From Octopus vulgaris (taxonomy: Eukaryota), in NCBI GenBank assembly GCA_951406725.2, contig OX597817.1, positions 60,946,001 through 61,010,000 of the forward strand: 64,000 nucleotides of DNA, read 5' to 3'. The position numbers were made by a program, and so were the translations under genes. This document shows positions 1-13,174 of the stretch, in pieces; the first letter of the stretch is position 1, and every line of letters starts with the position of its first letter. The notes below the pieces were generated by a model that was not told where the DNA came from, searched no databases, and worked only from the letters and a program-made list of their open reading frames with translations.

Positions 1-325
1 ACTGCACACGAGTGAGCTTGTATTTATGTATCTTACGTGCATCTTTTACCGTGTTAAATTATAAAATGCTGAACAAACGTTCTTAGGAAAAAGAGTTGTT
101 TGTAGTGTAAGATTTGTGTGTTTGTGTTTGTGTGTGTGTTTGTGTGTGTGTATGTGTGTGTGTGTGACGGGTGCTTTTTTTGCGCATGCTTGTGCGAATG
201 TACGTGTATGCGTGCCAACTAGATTTACAAACACACGTAAAGGTTTAGCAGAATCGCTAGTCAAGGTTAGATGTTATTAAAAATCCATGCCAATAAATTT
301 TCGTTTTTGGCATGGATTTGTAAAA

Positions 326-333
326 TTACTTAT

Positions 334-418
<85 letters not shown>

Positions 419-435
419 CATATATATATATATAT
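326..435. repeat. (TA)n microsatellite, representative of dozens of TA, CA, GA, TATC, TACA, AAT, TAG and GAT arrays in the window
   Basis: Direct inspection; further large TA-rich arrays at ~8090-8182, 17864-18100, 30660-30990, 50296-50500 and 53880-53950. Confidence 0.98.
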
Positions 436-539
436 TCGTTTTCTTTGATGGAAATATAACTAGATGCTTTCCGTATATCGTAACCACATAAAAGAACTTT
501 TCTTTCACTTCATCTCTTTACCGAATCTGTATGAACATA

Positions 540-599
<60 letters not shown>

Positions 600-1046
600 C
601 ATATACATTCATACATATATACGTACATATAGGTGCAAAGAGAAAAGCTTAATTGAAATAAAGGGCGGTGACATATACATACACTCACATATTTGCATAC
701 ATGTATGTGTGCATGCATGTATATATGTGTGTGTGTTTATGCATATGTGTCAGTGCGTGTGTATGTGCAAATTTGCATGTATGTATGCTTGGCCTTCTAC
801 TTTCCACTCACGTATTATACCACAAAAAACCTTGCAACAGAAAAAAAGAAAGCTACCCAGAATCTCTGAAACCCAGAACTGGGTACGAATAGAAAAGAGG
901 AATACAACGCAGATACTGAGAATTTCTATTATACGGGTGGTGGCATTGCTGGTGGAGGTGATGGTGACGGTGATGGTTACGTTGACAACGAGGTCAAAGC
1001 CGACGGCGATAACGATCAATGATGATGATGATGATGCTGATGATGC

Positions 1047-1080
<34 letters not shown>

Positions 1081-2899
1081 AATGAAAAACCTGACTGGGT
1101 CCACTAGAAATGAAAATTAAAAATAGTGCTCAGAGAAGTTGTTCAACATGTCCACGGAAGGGCAAAATACAGACACAGATAAATCCATTTCCTCAGCCAA
1201 TTTTCGCTCCAGAATTCCTCAGGATTTCGGTGCTTGAAAAAGATTTCGCAGATTATCCTTCATCTGCAAAAAGACAGTGTTCCTCCAAAAGAAAATGAAG
1301 ACAACTGTTGCAAACAGAAATACGCGGGACTGTAAATTAAAAGTGGGGTGAAGACTGGAAACAAAGAAGACGTAGACATGGGACTTATAAAATATAAAGG
1401 ACAAAGACTTATCAAGAAGCCATGTATGTCATTCTGTGTGTGTGTGTGTGTGTGTGATCTAGCTCTTTAATTCACTAATGACTTCGCAATATCCCGTTTC
1501 TCTTAAGTGTATGTTTCGGCAGCTCAGCTTTACTCCGTTTGGAGAAGTACAGGTTGCTTATAAAATGATTTTGCCATTATGGAAGATCCAATAAACGCAC
1601 GGCGCTTCTTTGCCCTTTCACTAAATAGGCCCAAGTAATAAAATGACCCCGTCTCTATCCCTTATCTCTTTCCAATATGTTAACAAATTGTTGCAAACTA
1701 TGGACTACACAACACCAAAATGGCGCTTGATCGAAATATTAGCGTTACATCACAATTACTGGTACTGTTGTGTATAGCTTATGTTTGAGAATAAACCACG
1801 CATACATACATACATACATACGCACATTTCTATGCGTGGATTAGGTATATGGATTTTAAAGAAATCTGCTTTACTATTTGAGTTTGCTTCGTTTTGCTTC
1901 TCCTCAGTTCTCTCCGTCGCTGCTTCTCACACTTTTGCGAATCTGTGAGTGCAAATGGAGTTACTCAAGTTTGTGAGAATGTGAGAGCGAAGAGTGATGG
2001 ATTGGGTGTGAGTTTTAGAGGGAAGGTACGTAAGTTGGGATGTGTGAGTACGTGAGAGAGAGAGAGGGAGAGAGAGAGAGAGAGAGAGAAAATGGGGTAT
2101 GGATGCGTATGTGCGTGTTTGAGTAAAACGGAAAATAAAGAACCAAACTACGTTTATTTTGCTGTTTGACACCAATTTAGTCGGTAAGTGACTTTTGAGT
2201 CCAATACTTATAGACATACATGTATAAAGCTATTTCCCTCACAGATACATGTCCGTCAGCACATCCGCATACACACCAAAGTACACACTAACCAGCTTCG
2301 CTTATCATCATGTCTACATTACGTCGTGTCCTTTTCCACAGTCCTACATTTGCACACTCGTTAACTCCTTCACGCACGCAGTCATGTCTAATTGTATGCT
2401 TACCCATACACAGTGACATACGATCACAAAGAAGCGTATGTATATCATCGCTGCTTCCATGCAGAAACACATTCACTGACGCACACACAGTCGTATAAAT
2501 TAAATACTAAGTGGATCCTCCATCAGTTTCGACGATGATTTATTGATGTTCAGTCAAAGAAATACCAACTCATTGTATTACAGTCTGAAGCTGACACAGT
2601 CTAGGCTTACGGGAAGCGGGTCGCACCACTTAGAATGGTTAAGATAATATTCGCTGAATCGTGTCATTCAGACAGTTCTGTGCTTGAGTATTCCGGAGAC
2701 ATTTGTGTACTTGTAACATTCAAGGACAATCAGCGTCATACAATGTATGGTAAGTTTTCATCTTCCCAGTCGCACTGACAAAACATGGGTCAACCCAGGA
2801 AGAAGAAATTTACTCAAGGCACCATGTAGTGAGAACACACGAGGCCAAGGAGCCATGGTCGCCAAGTGATCTCCTTAATCATTTTTTGGTTTAAATGGG

Positions 2900-3605
2900 T
2901 CATATGTTAAGCTGATCTCCTTAAATAGTTTGTTTGGAACCCTGATAGAAACATAAGAGCATTATCATTCCATTCGGTATGTTTTGGGCATTTTTAGATC
3001 TGATAGAGTCTTTCTCTTTCTAAGATTGGGAGCACTTCAAAACGATACTAAATGAATGAAGAACTCGTGTTCAATTATTTGTTCCAAGTTCACTTTGGTG
3101 GGTTACTTTCTTCGACGTATGGCGGTTCAACAAGATACAGGTGTAGAGTATTCGTCTTTAACGCCGTGGGACTTATAAAGAAAATGTGATGGTGTTGGTA
3201 TTGTGTCTTGGTTTGGTGAACAAACCTGCACAATGAATATCATTCGAGCGGGGAAGGTTTGCGAACGACTTCAAAGTGATATCAGAACTTCATTCTCCTT
3301 CAAAGTTATATAAGTCTGCTGCAATCAGTGCCATGAATCCAGTAGTTTTCGGGAGGCAGGATTTCCGTGGTCTTACTTTCTCTTTGATGCGTGCTAAAGA
3401 AGTGAAAGACCTCGTCTCCCTTGGATCCATTGAAATGTCTGAATAAGCTTCTTCTGGGGGCAATTCTGTGACATGCTAATTAACCCATTATTAATCAATC
3501 CGTTTACATTTGACCAATTTACTAATCGATAGTTTGATTAATTTTTCGGCCAATCAGTCACACCACTTTGTCAAATTCCTTTCGTCGCCATTGTTGACCT
3601 CAGTG
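2900..3605 (-). mobile_element. Degraded Penelope-like element fragment (RT C-terminal linker)
   Basis: Minus strand gives HLVSF*SAPNLRK (PLE 'PxVAFRRxxNLR' linker motif) near 3020-3057. A decayed hammerhead-like CTGA-GGTC..GAC-GAAA lies upstream on the same strand at ~3576-3605. Confidence 0.45.
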
Positions 3606-4018
3606 AACGGTTAATCAGTCAACGATTAGCCCATTGGTTGAATAGTTAACCAACTGACGAATAATTTATAGAAGTGAAATAGAACCAATGCGTGTGTTAT
3701 TATTGGCTTAATGAACTTCCCGAAATACAACAAAATTCAGTTAGTTTGTAGAACCGATTAAAACTGAATATAGGTCGGAGGAGGAGTTGGCGGGGGGTCA
3801 TATGTGTCAAGCGGACGTGCCCTAAATACACTAGGTGACCCGATGCTTTTAGTGAACTTAGTATATTCAATATTGTATATGTATGTGCTTTATTGTGTAC
3901 GTGGGTGTGTATGAAGATGTGCACAGTACACATACTGTGTGCGTTCGCGTGCGTAATTTGCACGTAAAAATGCTTTAGTTCACTGCTGTAATTTGTGGCA
4001 GAACGGACGGACAGTGTT

Positions 4019-4081
<63 letters not shown>

Positions 4082-4394
4082 ATTTATACGTGTATATATG
4101 AGTGTGTGCGTTTGTTCATTTTTGCGCGTTTGCAAGTTCGTTTATTTGTGTGTGTGTGTGTGTGTGTGTGATAGTGAATCTTGTGTACTGTTGCTTATCT
4201 TCTCTCAATATACTCCGACTACACATTTCTCTACACCTTCCCTACCTCCACCTCTCTCTCTCTCTGTACCTCTCCCTCTCTCTCTCTCTCTCTCAATCCT
4301 CCTTTTATCCTCCTTTATAATAAAAGAGAACATCCCAGCTTTCTTTTTCCGTTTTCTCACTAATACAACCGATACTAATTCTAATAACACCCAC

Positions 4395-5412
4395 CTACCC
4401 CAGCTTTAAACTCTTCCCACAGCTCAGCTTCCTTCTGACTACAACCGCCACTGCCACCACCACCACCACCACTACCATTATCATCAACGTTCTCATCATC
4501 ATCGTCGTCGTAGCCGTCATCATGAACATCATCACCACCACCAACAACATCACCAACATCATCATCATCATCATCATCATCATCAAGAGATTACTTTCCC
4601 AAACCCGAGCCCTATCTCATATCCCTAACACCCCGCTGCCGACCTATCAAACTTCTCTGCCTCTTCCCCCCCCCCACTCTCTGCTCCTTGACCCCCCCCC
4701 ACTTCTCTCATCTTCATCTCTATCACAGTTCTGCGAGTAACACCGACTGTGCAATTCCCACACCACAAATATCACTAACGCGGGCTAAACCCCCCCCCCG
4801 CCGCCACATCCACCATAGTCACCGTCTCCACCACCACCACCACCACCACCACCGCCACCACCGCCGCCGCTGCTGCTGCTTCTGCTTGTACTACTACTAC
4901 TACTACTACAGTTGCTGCTGTTGTTATCAACATCCCCATCATCATCACCACAACCACCAACCACGACCGTCACTACTACAAAACCACCAATAAACAACCC
5001 CTTGCTACTGTCACCGCCACAACCACACCCAAAAAAACTAACACTACTATTATCACAATTATCACCATCGCTAAAACAGACACTCCACCGCCTCCTCCTA
5101 CTTACAATAGTAGTAGTAGCAGTTGTAGTAGTAGCTGTTGTAGTAGTAGTAGTAGCAGTAGCAGTTGTTGTTGTAGTAGTAGTAGTAGTAGTAGTAAGGT
5201 TATTCATTATGTCGCTCCGCATCATCGTCGCTGCTTCTTCCATCGACAGTTGTTAATAAGGTTTTAACATTTGGAAGGAATATTTTTTTTTTTACAGAAA
5301 AAAAAAAATTGTCGTAGTTATTATATGACCCCCCCTCCCTCTGCTCACCCCCGTTTCACACACACGCACACATTGTATATCTCTCTGCATATGTATGTCT
5401 ATATATATATAG

Positions 5413-5463
<51 letters not shown>

Positions 5464-5860
5464 GATTTGTTTGTTTTTCTTTTCGAAATAAGGTCACATT
5501 CTGCTGGTGGTAAGCTTCGGAGGTGTGGGAAACTCGTTGTTGTTGTTGTTGTTGTTGCTGTTCTTGTTGCTGTGTTGATAGTGAGGATTGTGTGTGCGTG
5601 GAGGAAGAGTGAGAGGGAGATGTTGATGATGAGGTTGGAGGAAATGGTGAGGGTTTTGGAGGTGGTGGTGTTGATGAGAGTAATGCATACTGATGGTTGG
5701 TCGCGGAGGTGATGAAGATGATGAGCAAGCGGTGGCAGCAGTGTTGGAGGAGGAGGTGGAGGAGGTGGTGGTGGTGGTGGTGGAGAATTGTAAGAGGGGT
5801 GGCGACGGGTGAATGAGTGATTGAAGGTGAACGAACGAAAAGAGATTTTGGGGCAACAAG
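4395..5860. repeat. Compound trinucleotide low-complexity block (CAC/CAT/TAC then GTA/GTT/GTG/GAT)
   Basis: Direct inspection; strand composition flips at ~5100. Confidence 0.9.
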
Positions 5861-6619
5861 AACAGAAGCATATCCTCTGACCGCTCCTCCGACTCCTCCG
5901 TCCCCCCTCTCTCTCTCTCTTTCTCCTTCGCTCCCTATTTTTTTTCTCCCCCATAACTGTCATGGGCCACATTAACACACAACCGCGGTTACCAACATTA
6001 GCTCCATCGCCACCACCACTACTCTGAACACACTCCAACACACACACGCATTCGCACGCACACACACACACACATCGACGTCTTACAGATATGACCCCGA
6101 ATCTGCAGTCACTCAGCCTTGAAACACCCTCATAGCTAAATTAAATTTGCTTTTTGAATAGAAACACTCTGCTTCCGTGTCCAGCATTTCTCTATAAGCC
6201 TCCAATATTGCTTTTTGGCCCCTAATGCCCAACGCCATTCATTTCAGTTTTTTTAACGCATTCCCTTCAGTTGTTCCCATTTCTCAGTTTTCTCGTTGTG
6301 AGGCCCCATACGTCACTGAGTTGTTTACAAAGCTTTGTTTGAATATCATCAATGGGTGTAGGCATGGCTGAGTGGGTAAGAAGCTCGCTTTGTAGCCACT
6401 TGGTTTCAGGTTCAAATCCGCTGCTCGGTGCCTTTGGCAAAGTACCGGGTTAACCAATGCATTGTGGGTGAATTTTACGGACGGAAATACACACACACGC
6501 ATCAAATAGTAATATTTTGAAGTGAGATTGAATGATTTAAAAATATGTCGATGCTGTGTTCTGCTGCTTGTTCTCTGTTCGAGATACGTGCTAAAAATAA
6601 CAACTTAAATCACGCAACC

Positions 6620-7381
6620 CTCAAATTTTTTTACCGTTTTGTTGCATAATCATATGAATTTCCGAGTGTAGAATATAAATTCGCAAAAATCTTCTGAAGA
6701 TTCCGAAAAATAAAGAGAAATTATGAGAGGTTTATAAGTCGTGCGTAAAGCAGTTGATTTATTTGCAGTTTCATAATACATCCCGCACAGAATGACAGCC
6801 TTTAAATCCTGTTTTCTGATTGGGTGAAAATCAAACTTTAAACCTACTCTACTCTTTTACTCTTTTACTTGTTTCAGTCATTTGACTGCGGCCATGCTGG
6901 AGCACCACCTTTAGTCGAGCAAATCGACCCCAGGACTTATTCTTTGTAAGCCTAGTACTTATTCCATCGGTCTCTTTTGCTGAACCGCTAAGTTACGGGG
7001 ACGTAAACACACCAGCATCTGTTGTCAAGCGATGTTGGGGGACAAACACAGACACACAAACACATACACACACACATATACATACATACATACGACGGGC
7101 TTCTTCACTCACAAGGCTTTGGTCGGCCCGAGGCTATAGTAGAAGACACTTGCCCAAGGTGTCAGGCAGTGGGACTGAACTCAGAACCATGTGGTTGGTA
7201 AGCAAGCTACTTACTACACTGCCACTCCTACGCCTCTATAACTTTTTTTTTTAAATTCTGGAAAAAGTGAAATACCTCCTGCGATTCAGCTTGGAAATCT
7301 ACGTTAATATACCAAATTTTAAAATGTTCGATAAACTCTGAATTTTTGAAAATTAGCAACCAAACTGAAAAGATCCCTTTA
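6620..7381. mobile_element. Old MITE-like element interrupted by a SINE
   Basis: Segments 6640-6740 and 7233-7330 are diverged reverse complements (e.g. ATTATGAGAGGTTTA vs AAACCT|CTCTATAACT across the SINE; GAATTTCCGAGTGTAGAAT vs ATTCAGCTTGGAAATC). Confidence 0.45.
6845..7233 (-). mobile_element. SINE family A, near full length
   Basis: Reverse complement of 26768-27182: tRNA-like head (TGGC..TGGTAAG...GGTTCAGTCCC), central CA/TG microsatellite and (GAGTAAAA)-type tail. Confidence 0.9.
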
Positions 7382-8083
7382 CTGTTTGGTCTGATTGAGG
7401 TCACTATTACAACTTATACGGACTCGATGCCAAAACACAAACTGGCCGGACTTGGCTTCATTTTTGTGGCTACTCTAACAACGATTTGGAGTAGTTTGTT
7501 ATATTTGAGGCCAGTCGAAAATTCTGGTAGTGTTTAGCAAAATAATGAAGTAGACCAAGTTCTCGTTCATCCTGCCTAGTCTTGCGCTTATGCTATATAA
7601 ATCATTACTCTCATCAGTAAATATACGAGAAAACTCCTATCAGCATTCAGCTTAGTTTTACATCATCGCAGTATCAGGACACTTGTCTCAGGAATAAGCT
7701 TGTTTAGAAACCCGCTCACACCTTCCCCCATGCTCCCAACACACGTGTATGTTAGAGTGCGCGTGTGTTTTCTATAATCTCTAATACTTGCAGATTATTC
7801 TCTTTTATACTCAGTTACCGCTGTTTGTTTTACTGTACAGCCAATGTACAAGTTGAATGAACAGTTTGTTTTTAATGTCGATATCTACACTGGAAGGTGA
7901 GTGAGGGTTGTATGTGGCGTGGTTTCAATGTGCTTTTTGCCGAATAAGTATAGCATTGTTGCTCTAATTATATACCGGGCCGTTTACGTGTAACCTCTCC
8001 TGCGCTTATTGCGTGCCTGCGCTTATCTATGTTCATATACACACGCGCGCGCGCGCACAGACACGCACACATACATATGTATA

Positions 8084-8184
<101 letters not shown>

Positions 8185-8463
8185 ATGAATGATCGCATAG
8201 ATAGATATACTTACATGTATACACAGACGCAGAACAGACATACACACGTTCAAGTGTCTGTGAGGGCGTATATACATACTTATGCCGGTGCATCTATGAG
8301 GGGTGTGTGCGTATGAATTTAGTCTAGGTCAGTAAACCAGCCTTTGCATGTGTGTGTGTGTGTGTGCATATGGTCTATTTCAGTTTACAAAGGGTATATG
8401 TACTCAATCTCGAAAGAGGTGTGTTTTAATTATTTATTATGATACTCGGATTACAATGTGTAA

Positions 8464-8504
<41 letters not shown>

Positions 8505-9139
8505 TAGTAGTAAATAATAATAATGATGATGATGATAATAATAATTACACACATAATAATTACACGACTGTATGTGCATAAATATATACACATTTAACGG
8601 TGTGTTTAGTAACGGTTTATTAACATCGAAAATTAAGGCTTTAACAACGAAACTCGAAAATCCTTGAGGCGGAAATAAGTCAGCTGAAGTTGGTGATGGC
8701 GAGGTTAATCCCTCTTTAATCCATCAATCCAATTATCATTATTATTTCATCACCATAGTCATAATCATTATCCGCCTCAGCACCATCAATATCACTCCCC
8801 CACCCCAAATCCCCACACGCACCCCTCGATGGTCAACAAACAGCAGTAGCATCACCATGACAACTAACACTCATCATCATCGTCATTGTTAATCAGATAT
8901 ACGAAGCTTAACGGATGATTTGAAAGAGCGCCATATTTGTTTAATTCGCCTCGTTTTGATATTACGGTCGGTTGCATTCTTTGTTTGAGGCTATTTCTTG
9001 GTCCCAGCCATTTCGCTGGCCCTAAATTCTTTGTTACATCGTTAATGTTAACATTACGTTGGTAAAATCGTGTCTAATTTCGGTTACATGTATAACACAC
9101 TAGTCTATATATACAAAAGAAACAACTGGTGCACAACAC

Positions 9140-9213
<74 letters not shown>

Positions 9214-9220
9214 ATTTCTA

Positions 9221-9287
<67 letters not shown>

Positions 9288-9380
9288 ATCTATCTACCAA
9301 TACATACACACACACGCACACACACACACACACACACACATACACACTCACACATATACACACACGTGCGCGTTTTTTAA

Positions 9381-9605
9381 TCTTTTACTTGTTTCAGTCA
9401 TTGGACTGTGGCCATGCTGTTGCACCGCCTTAAAACGTTTTGTTCAACAAATCTACCCAAGTCTTTACTTAAAAGAAAAAAAAAACAAAACAAAAACACC
9501 TGGTACCCATTTTTCGGTATCTATTTGCTGAACAGCTAATATTACTGGGACTTAAAGAAACCAACACTGGTCGTCGTGCGCTGGCGGAGAACAAACACAA
9601 AGACA
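9381..9605 (-). mobile_element. SINE family A, 3' portion
   Basis: CTTTTACTTGTTTCAGTCATTGGACTGTGGCCATGCTG shared with 6862-6900. Confidence 0.8.
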
Positions 9606-10091
9606 CACACACACATACATACATATATATAATTATTATTAACCGTTATACAGTATGATGACTGCTAATAAGTCGAACTTCGAAGACACTATCACTATTT
9701 TTCTTGCGCGCGTATGTGTGTGTTGTTATGTATGTGGTCTCTGTATGTATGTATGTATGAAATTCGACAGTAGTTACTAGAAAAACCATAAGTATTTGCA
9801 AACAGGTCTTCCTTTTCATCGTAAACCGGTGATTACCGTGCGTTGACAAGAGGCAAACACCACGAAACTGCAGTCCGTGCGTATCACTTAGGTTTACGAG
9901 AGAGGGATGACCTCCCTTTGCAAATACCATAAGGGCACAGAAAGTGTGCCTAAAGCCAGCTGGAGACGATGATCTCCTGGGGCTAAAAGCTACAGTAACA
10001 CCCACCCTTAGTGGTTAGCCATATTGATGGCTAGTATACTTTACGTTGTCGAGCGGTTATTGTTTACATCTCGTTCAGAGATTTATTATTG

Positions 10092-10149
<58 letters not shown>

Positions 10150-10151
<2 letters not shown>

Positions 10152-10363
10152 CGTTTTGGGATTTGGTTTGCAAGATTCTTTATATGAGTTCGTGTGTTGA
10201 AGCATATTTTGTTGTGTCTGGGTAAAGTCATTTTCTTTAACTATTGAAAAGGTTGCAAGACGCAACGAAAATTTTAGGACAATAAGAAAAAAGTGGAAAT
10301 CTTACCGGTGAGTGTGTTACATAATAAGGCACAAAAGGAAAATGACAGTCCCCAGACACAACA

Positions 10364-10370
<7 letters not shown>
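10150..10370. mobile_element. Short insert in (TA)n with 35-bp inverted repeat and decayed hammerhead-like motif
   Basis: 10204-10238 is the reverse complement of 10334-10369. Between them is TTGAAAA-G-GTTGC-AAGAC-GCAAC-GAAA. Confidence 0.5.
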
Positions 10371-10402
<32 letters not shown>

Positions 10403-10735
10403 TATATATTCAAATAATTCCTTATACTTTCCCATCACCTTTCTTCACTTCTAATTTATCTGTTGGAGGATCAGCGTCCGAAACGTCATGACTCTTTCCT
10501 TTCTTTTTCTTTAAGCGTTAAACTAATATATTTCCGAAAAGTTTTCCATCCCATGTCTCCTTTTATGCTCGTTATGAAGCGTGTGTACGTACGTATGTGT
10601 GAGTGTGTATGTGTATGTGTGTGTCTGTGCGTGGGCGCGTGCGCGCGAGCGTATAAATAAATTGCCTGCCTTAATTTTTAACGCCAGTATAAACTAATAT
10701 TATTCGTTCTGATTTTATTTATCTCTCTTTTTCAG

Positions 10736-10787
10736 CTTTTCCATTTGCAATCAAAGGATTTCCTAGTGTCTTGCCGTCACAGTATGG
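10736..10787 (+). CDS. RBM24: Penultimate 52-nt coding exon of RBM24/RBM38-family RNA-binding protein (xFPFAIKGFPSVLPSQYG)
   Basis: Branch-like CTAAT at ~10694, pyrimidine tract and TTCAG acceptor ending 10735; donor GG|GTAAGT at 10788. Entry is phase 1, exit phase 2. The peptide resembles the short post-RRM exon of vertebrate RBM24 (GFAFGVQQLHPALIQRPFG) and joins in frame to the exon at 49723. Confidence 0.85.
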
Positions 10788-11078
10788 GTAAGTACTTAGC
10801 ACTCACAAAATATAATATGCAGGATAAATATATAAATAAATAAAACATACACGCATCCCACCAAGAGAAACAATATGATTATAAAGAAAAAAAAACTAAA
10901 ATAAAAAATGGAATTTCTAAGCATATAAACGCATTCTGGGATCACTTTTAAATTTTATTTCAACAAACTTTCCATTTTTTCAAAATCAAACTATATTTTG
11001 CGTCCACAACTCCTGGCCCCATTCTATTAAACTTAGCATCATAATCATTGCTTTACTATTACCCTTTTATTGTTGTTG

Positions 11079-11131
<53 letters not shown>

Positions 11132-11133
<2 letters not shown>

Positions 11134-11330
11134 GGCGGTGAGCTGGCAGAATCATTAGCGCGCCGGACTAAATGCCTTGAGCCATTTCGTCCGTCTTTAC
11201 GTTCTGAGTTCAAATTGCCTTTCATACTTTAGGAATCGTTAAAATAAGTACCAGTTGGGCATTGGTGTTGATATAATCGATTAGCCCCTTCCCCTTAAAA
11301 TTTCACGCCTTGTACCTATAATACAAAAAA
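11132..11330 (+). mobile_element. SINE family B with (ATT)n tail
   Basis: Head AAGGCGGTGAGCTGGCAGAATC, B-box-like GAGTTCAAAT, tail ...GCCTTGTACCTATAA...(ATT)n. Related copies at ~13010, 13716, 18730, 23440, 33223, 37452, 61135 and 62810. Confidence 0.85.
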
Positions 11331-11349
11331 ATTATTATTATTGTTGTTA

Positions 11350-11442
<93 letters not shown>

Positions 11443-12714
11443 GACAATAAGAAAAGCACGGTGCTATTTGTAATGAATTGTTTATTTTACGGTTTGAACG
11501 ATATTTCGAGATCGTCTGTGTTCTTCAGGTTCAAAATATAAAAGGAAAACAACTGCAGAAACACAGAAATTCAAAATATAAACGAGGAAATCCTGCGTTC
11601 GTATTTTGCTGGAATGACATCATCAGTTTTCAGTTTTGTTACTGGTAAAAAAGAAAAACTGAAGAGAGAAGAAACATGAAAAAAGGAAAAAAAGAATATT
11701 TAGTCGAAGAGTTTTGTGTAAATGTGATGACATTCACCTGTCATTTTATTCATTCCTCCAGGTGGTGATGTTAAGTAATTCACAAATATATTTCTCCTCA
11801 TGCATTTTGAGGACATAAAGTGTAGTAGATTCAGAATGTTTTCTGAGAATATGCACTTTTTTGGTATTCCTCAAAATTGCAGCCGCTTGATGTAAAATGT
11901 TCGGTAAGCACTGTCGAACTACTGTTATTTTGCTTGTGCCCATTGAATCTTTTGTTTAATTGTTCTGTTGTACAACCAACAGAAATCAAGCTGTGTTTGG
12001 TGCATTCTGTTGTGTACACCAAATGGGAATTCTACACCCCACACCTTTCATGTAAATCAGGACATTTCTGTTGTGATTCCTGATGGAATTAACTTGACTC
12101 ATGTTGTTACACAATGAACAGGGCTTACCTCTCTTGCGGCTGTTTTTCAAGTTACAGTGTTAGAAACTCCAATGGTAGTTTTTTGGTGGAGGTTAGAAGA
12201 AGGGTTTTTTGGTGGGGGTTAGAAGTGGTTAACATTTCTCTTATATTTTCATTGCATCTAAAAGCTACAATAGGCGGCTGAGGGAATGTTTGTTTGAAAC
12301 GAGTATATTTTCCTGCAATATGCTGTAACTTTCAAGCAACACTTATGAAATGTCAACGAAATTTCGGTGCCGGTGAATCACTAAAGGAATTCTATATCAT
12401 ATTTTACTTTGGTTGCTACAATTATGCGTGGAAGTTTCACTTTCCTTGTATATTTTAGCTATGTCTTTTTATCTTTCCTTTTCCTCTAACCAGTTACAAA
12501 ACTGAAAACTGATGATGTCATTCCATCAAAATAGGAACGCAGGATTTCTTCGTTTATAGTTTGAATTTCTGTGTTTCTACGGTTGCTTTCATTTTACATT
12601 TTGAACCTGAAGATAGACGATCTGTCGAAATATCGTTCAAGCCGTTAAATAAACAATCTATTCCAAATCGCATCGTGCTCTTCTTATTGCCTTCCTGAAG
12701 GGTTAATTCAGTCT

Positions 12715-12716
<2 letters not shown>
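11443..12716 (-). mobile_element. 5'-truncated Penelope-like element: GIY-YIG endonuclease remnant between inverted pLTRs, inserted in (ATT)n
   Basis: Minus strand encodes FPQPPIVAFRCNENIRE, CSLC and VVYTTECTKHSLISVGCTTEQLNKRFNGH (GIY-YIG-like). 11443-11650 and 12488-12690 are inverted copies. Confidence 0.85.
12601..12640 (+). ncRNA. Minimal type I hammerhead ribozyme motif (PLE type)
   Basis: TTGAAC-CTGAAGA-TA-GAC-GATCT-GTC-GAAA-TATC-GTTCAA: perfect 6-bp helix I, CUGANGA core, short helix II, GAAA, palindromic minimal helix III with AUC site. Antisense twin at 11494-11534. Confidence 0.75.
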
Positions 12717-12772
<56 letters not shown>

Positions 12773-13174
12773 CATCATCATCATCATCATCATTCTCATC
12801 ATTCTCATCATCATTATACTTATTTTTATTTTCATTACTATTTTCTTCAAATACCGCCGAGGTCAATTATGCCATTCAGGCTTTGAAGATCGATAAAATT
12901 AAGTACAAGTCATATAATGGAGTCGATGTAATCTATGTTCTCCCCACCCCCACTCCAAAAACAAATTTTGCCGGCATTTTTCGGACATTTGAAGCAATTA
13001 TTAGGCAGGAATCTTTCACGATTCGGACAAAATGCTTTGCAGTATCTCTTCCGGTTTTTTACATCTAGAGTACAAGTTCCACCGAAGTCAGTTTTGCATT
13101 TCGTTATTTCGGGGTCGATAGAATATGCTCCAGTTGAGTCCTGCGGTCGATGGAAACGATTTAACCTTTTCCCT

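Noticed and set aside
46-1107. ORFs with YI/CV/HT/poly-D runs (and dozens like them window-wide)
   Set aside because: Translations of microsatellites; no splice or domain support.
4785-6071. Long ORFs with poly-G/T/P/H/Q resembling a transcription-factor exon
   Set aside because: Open in many frames on both strands because of trinucleotide repeats; no domain recognised.
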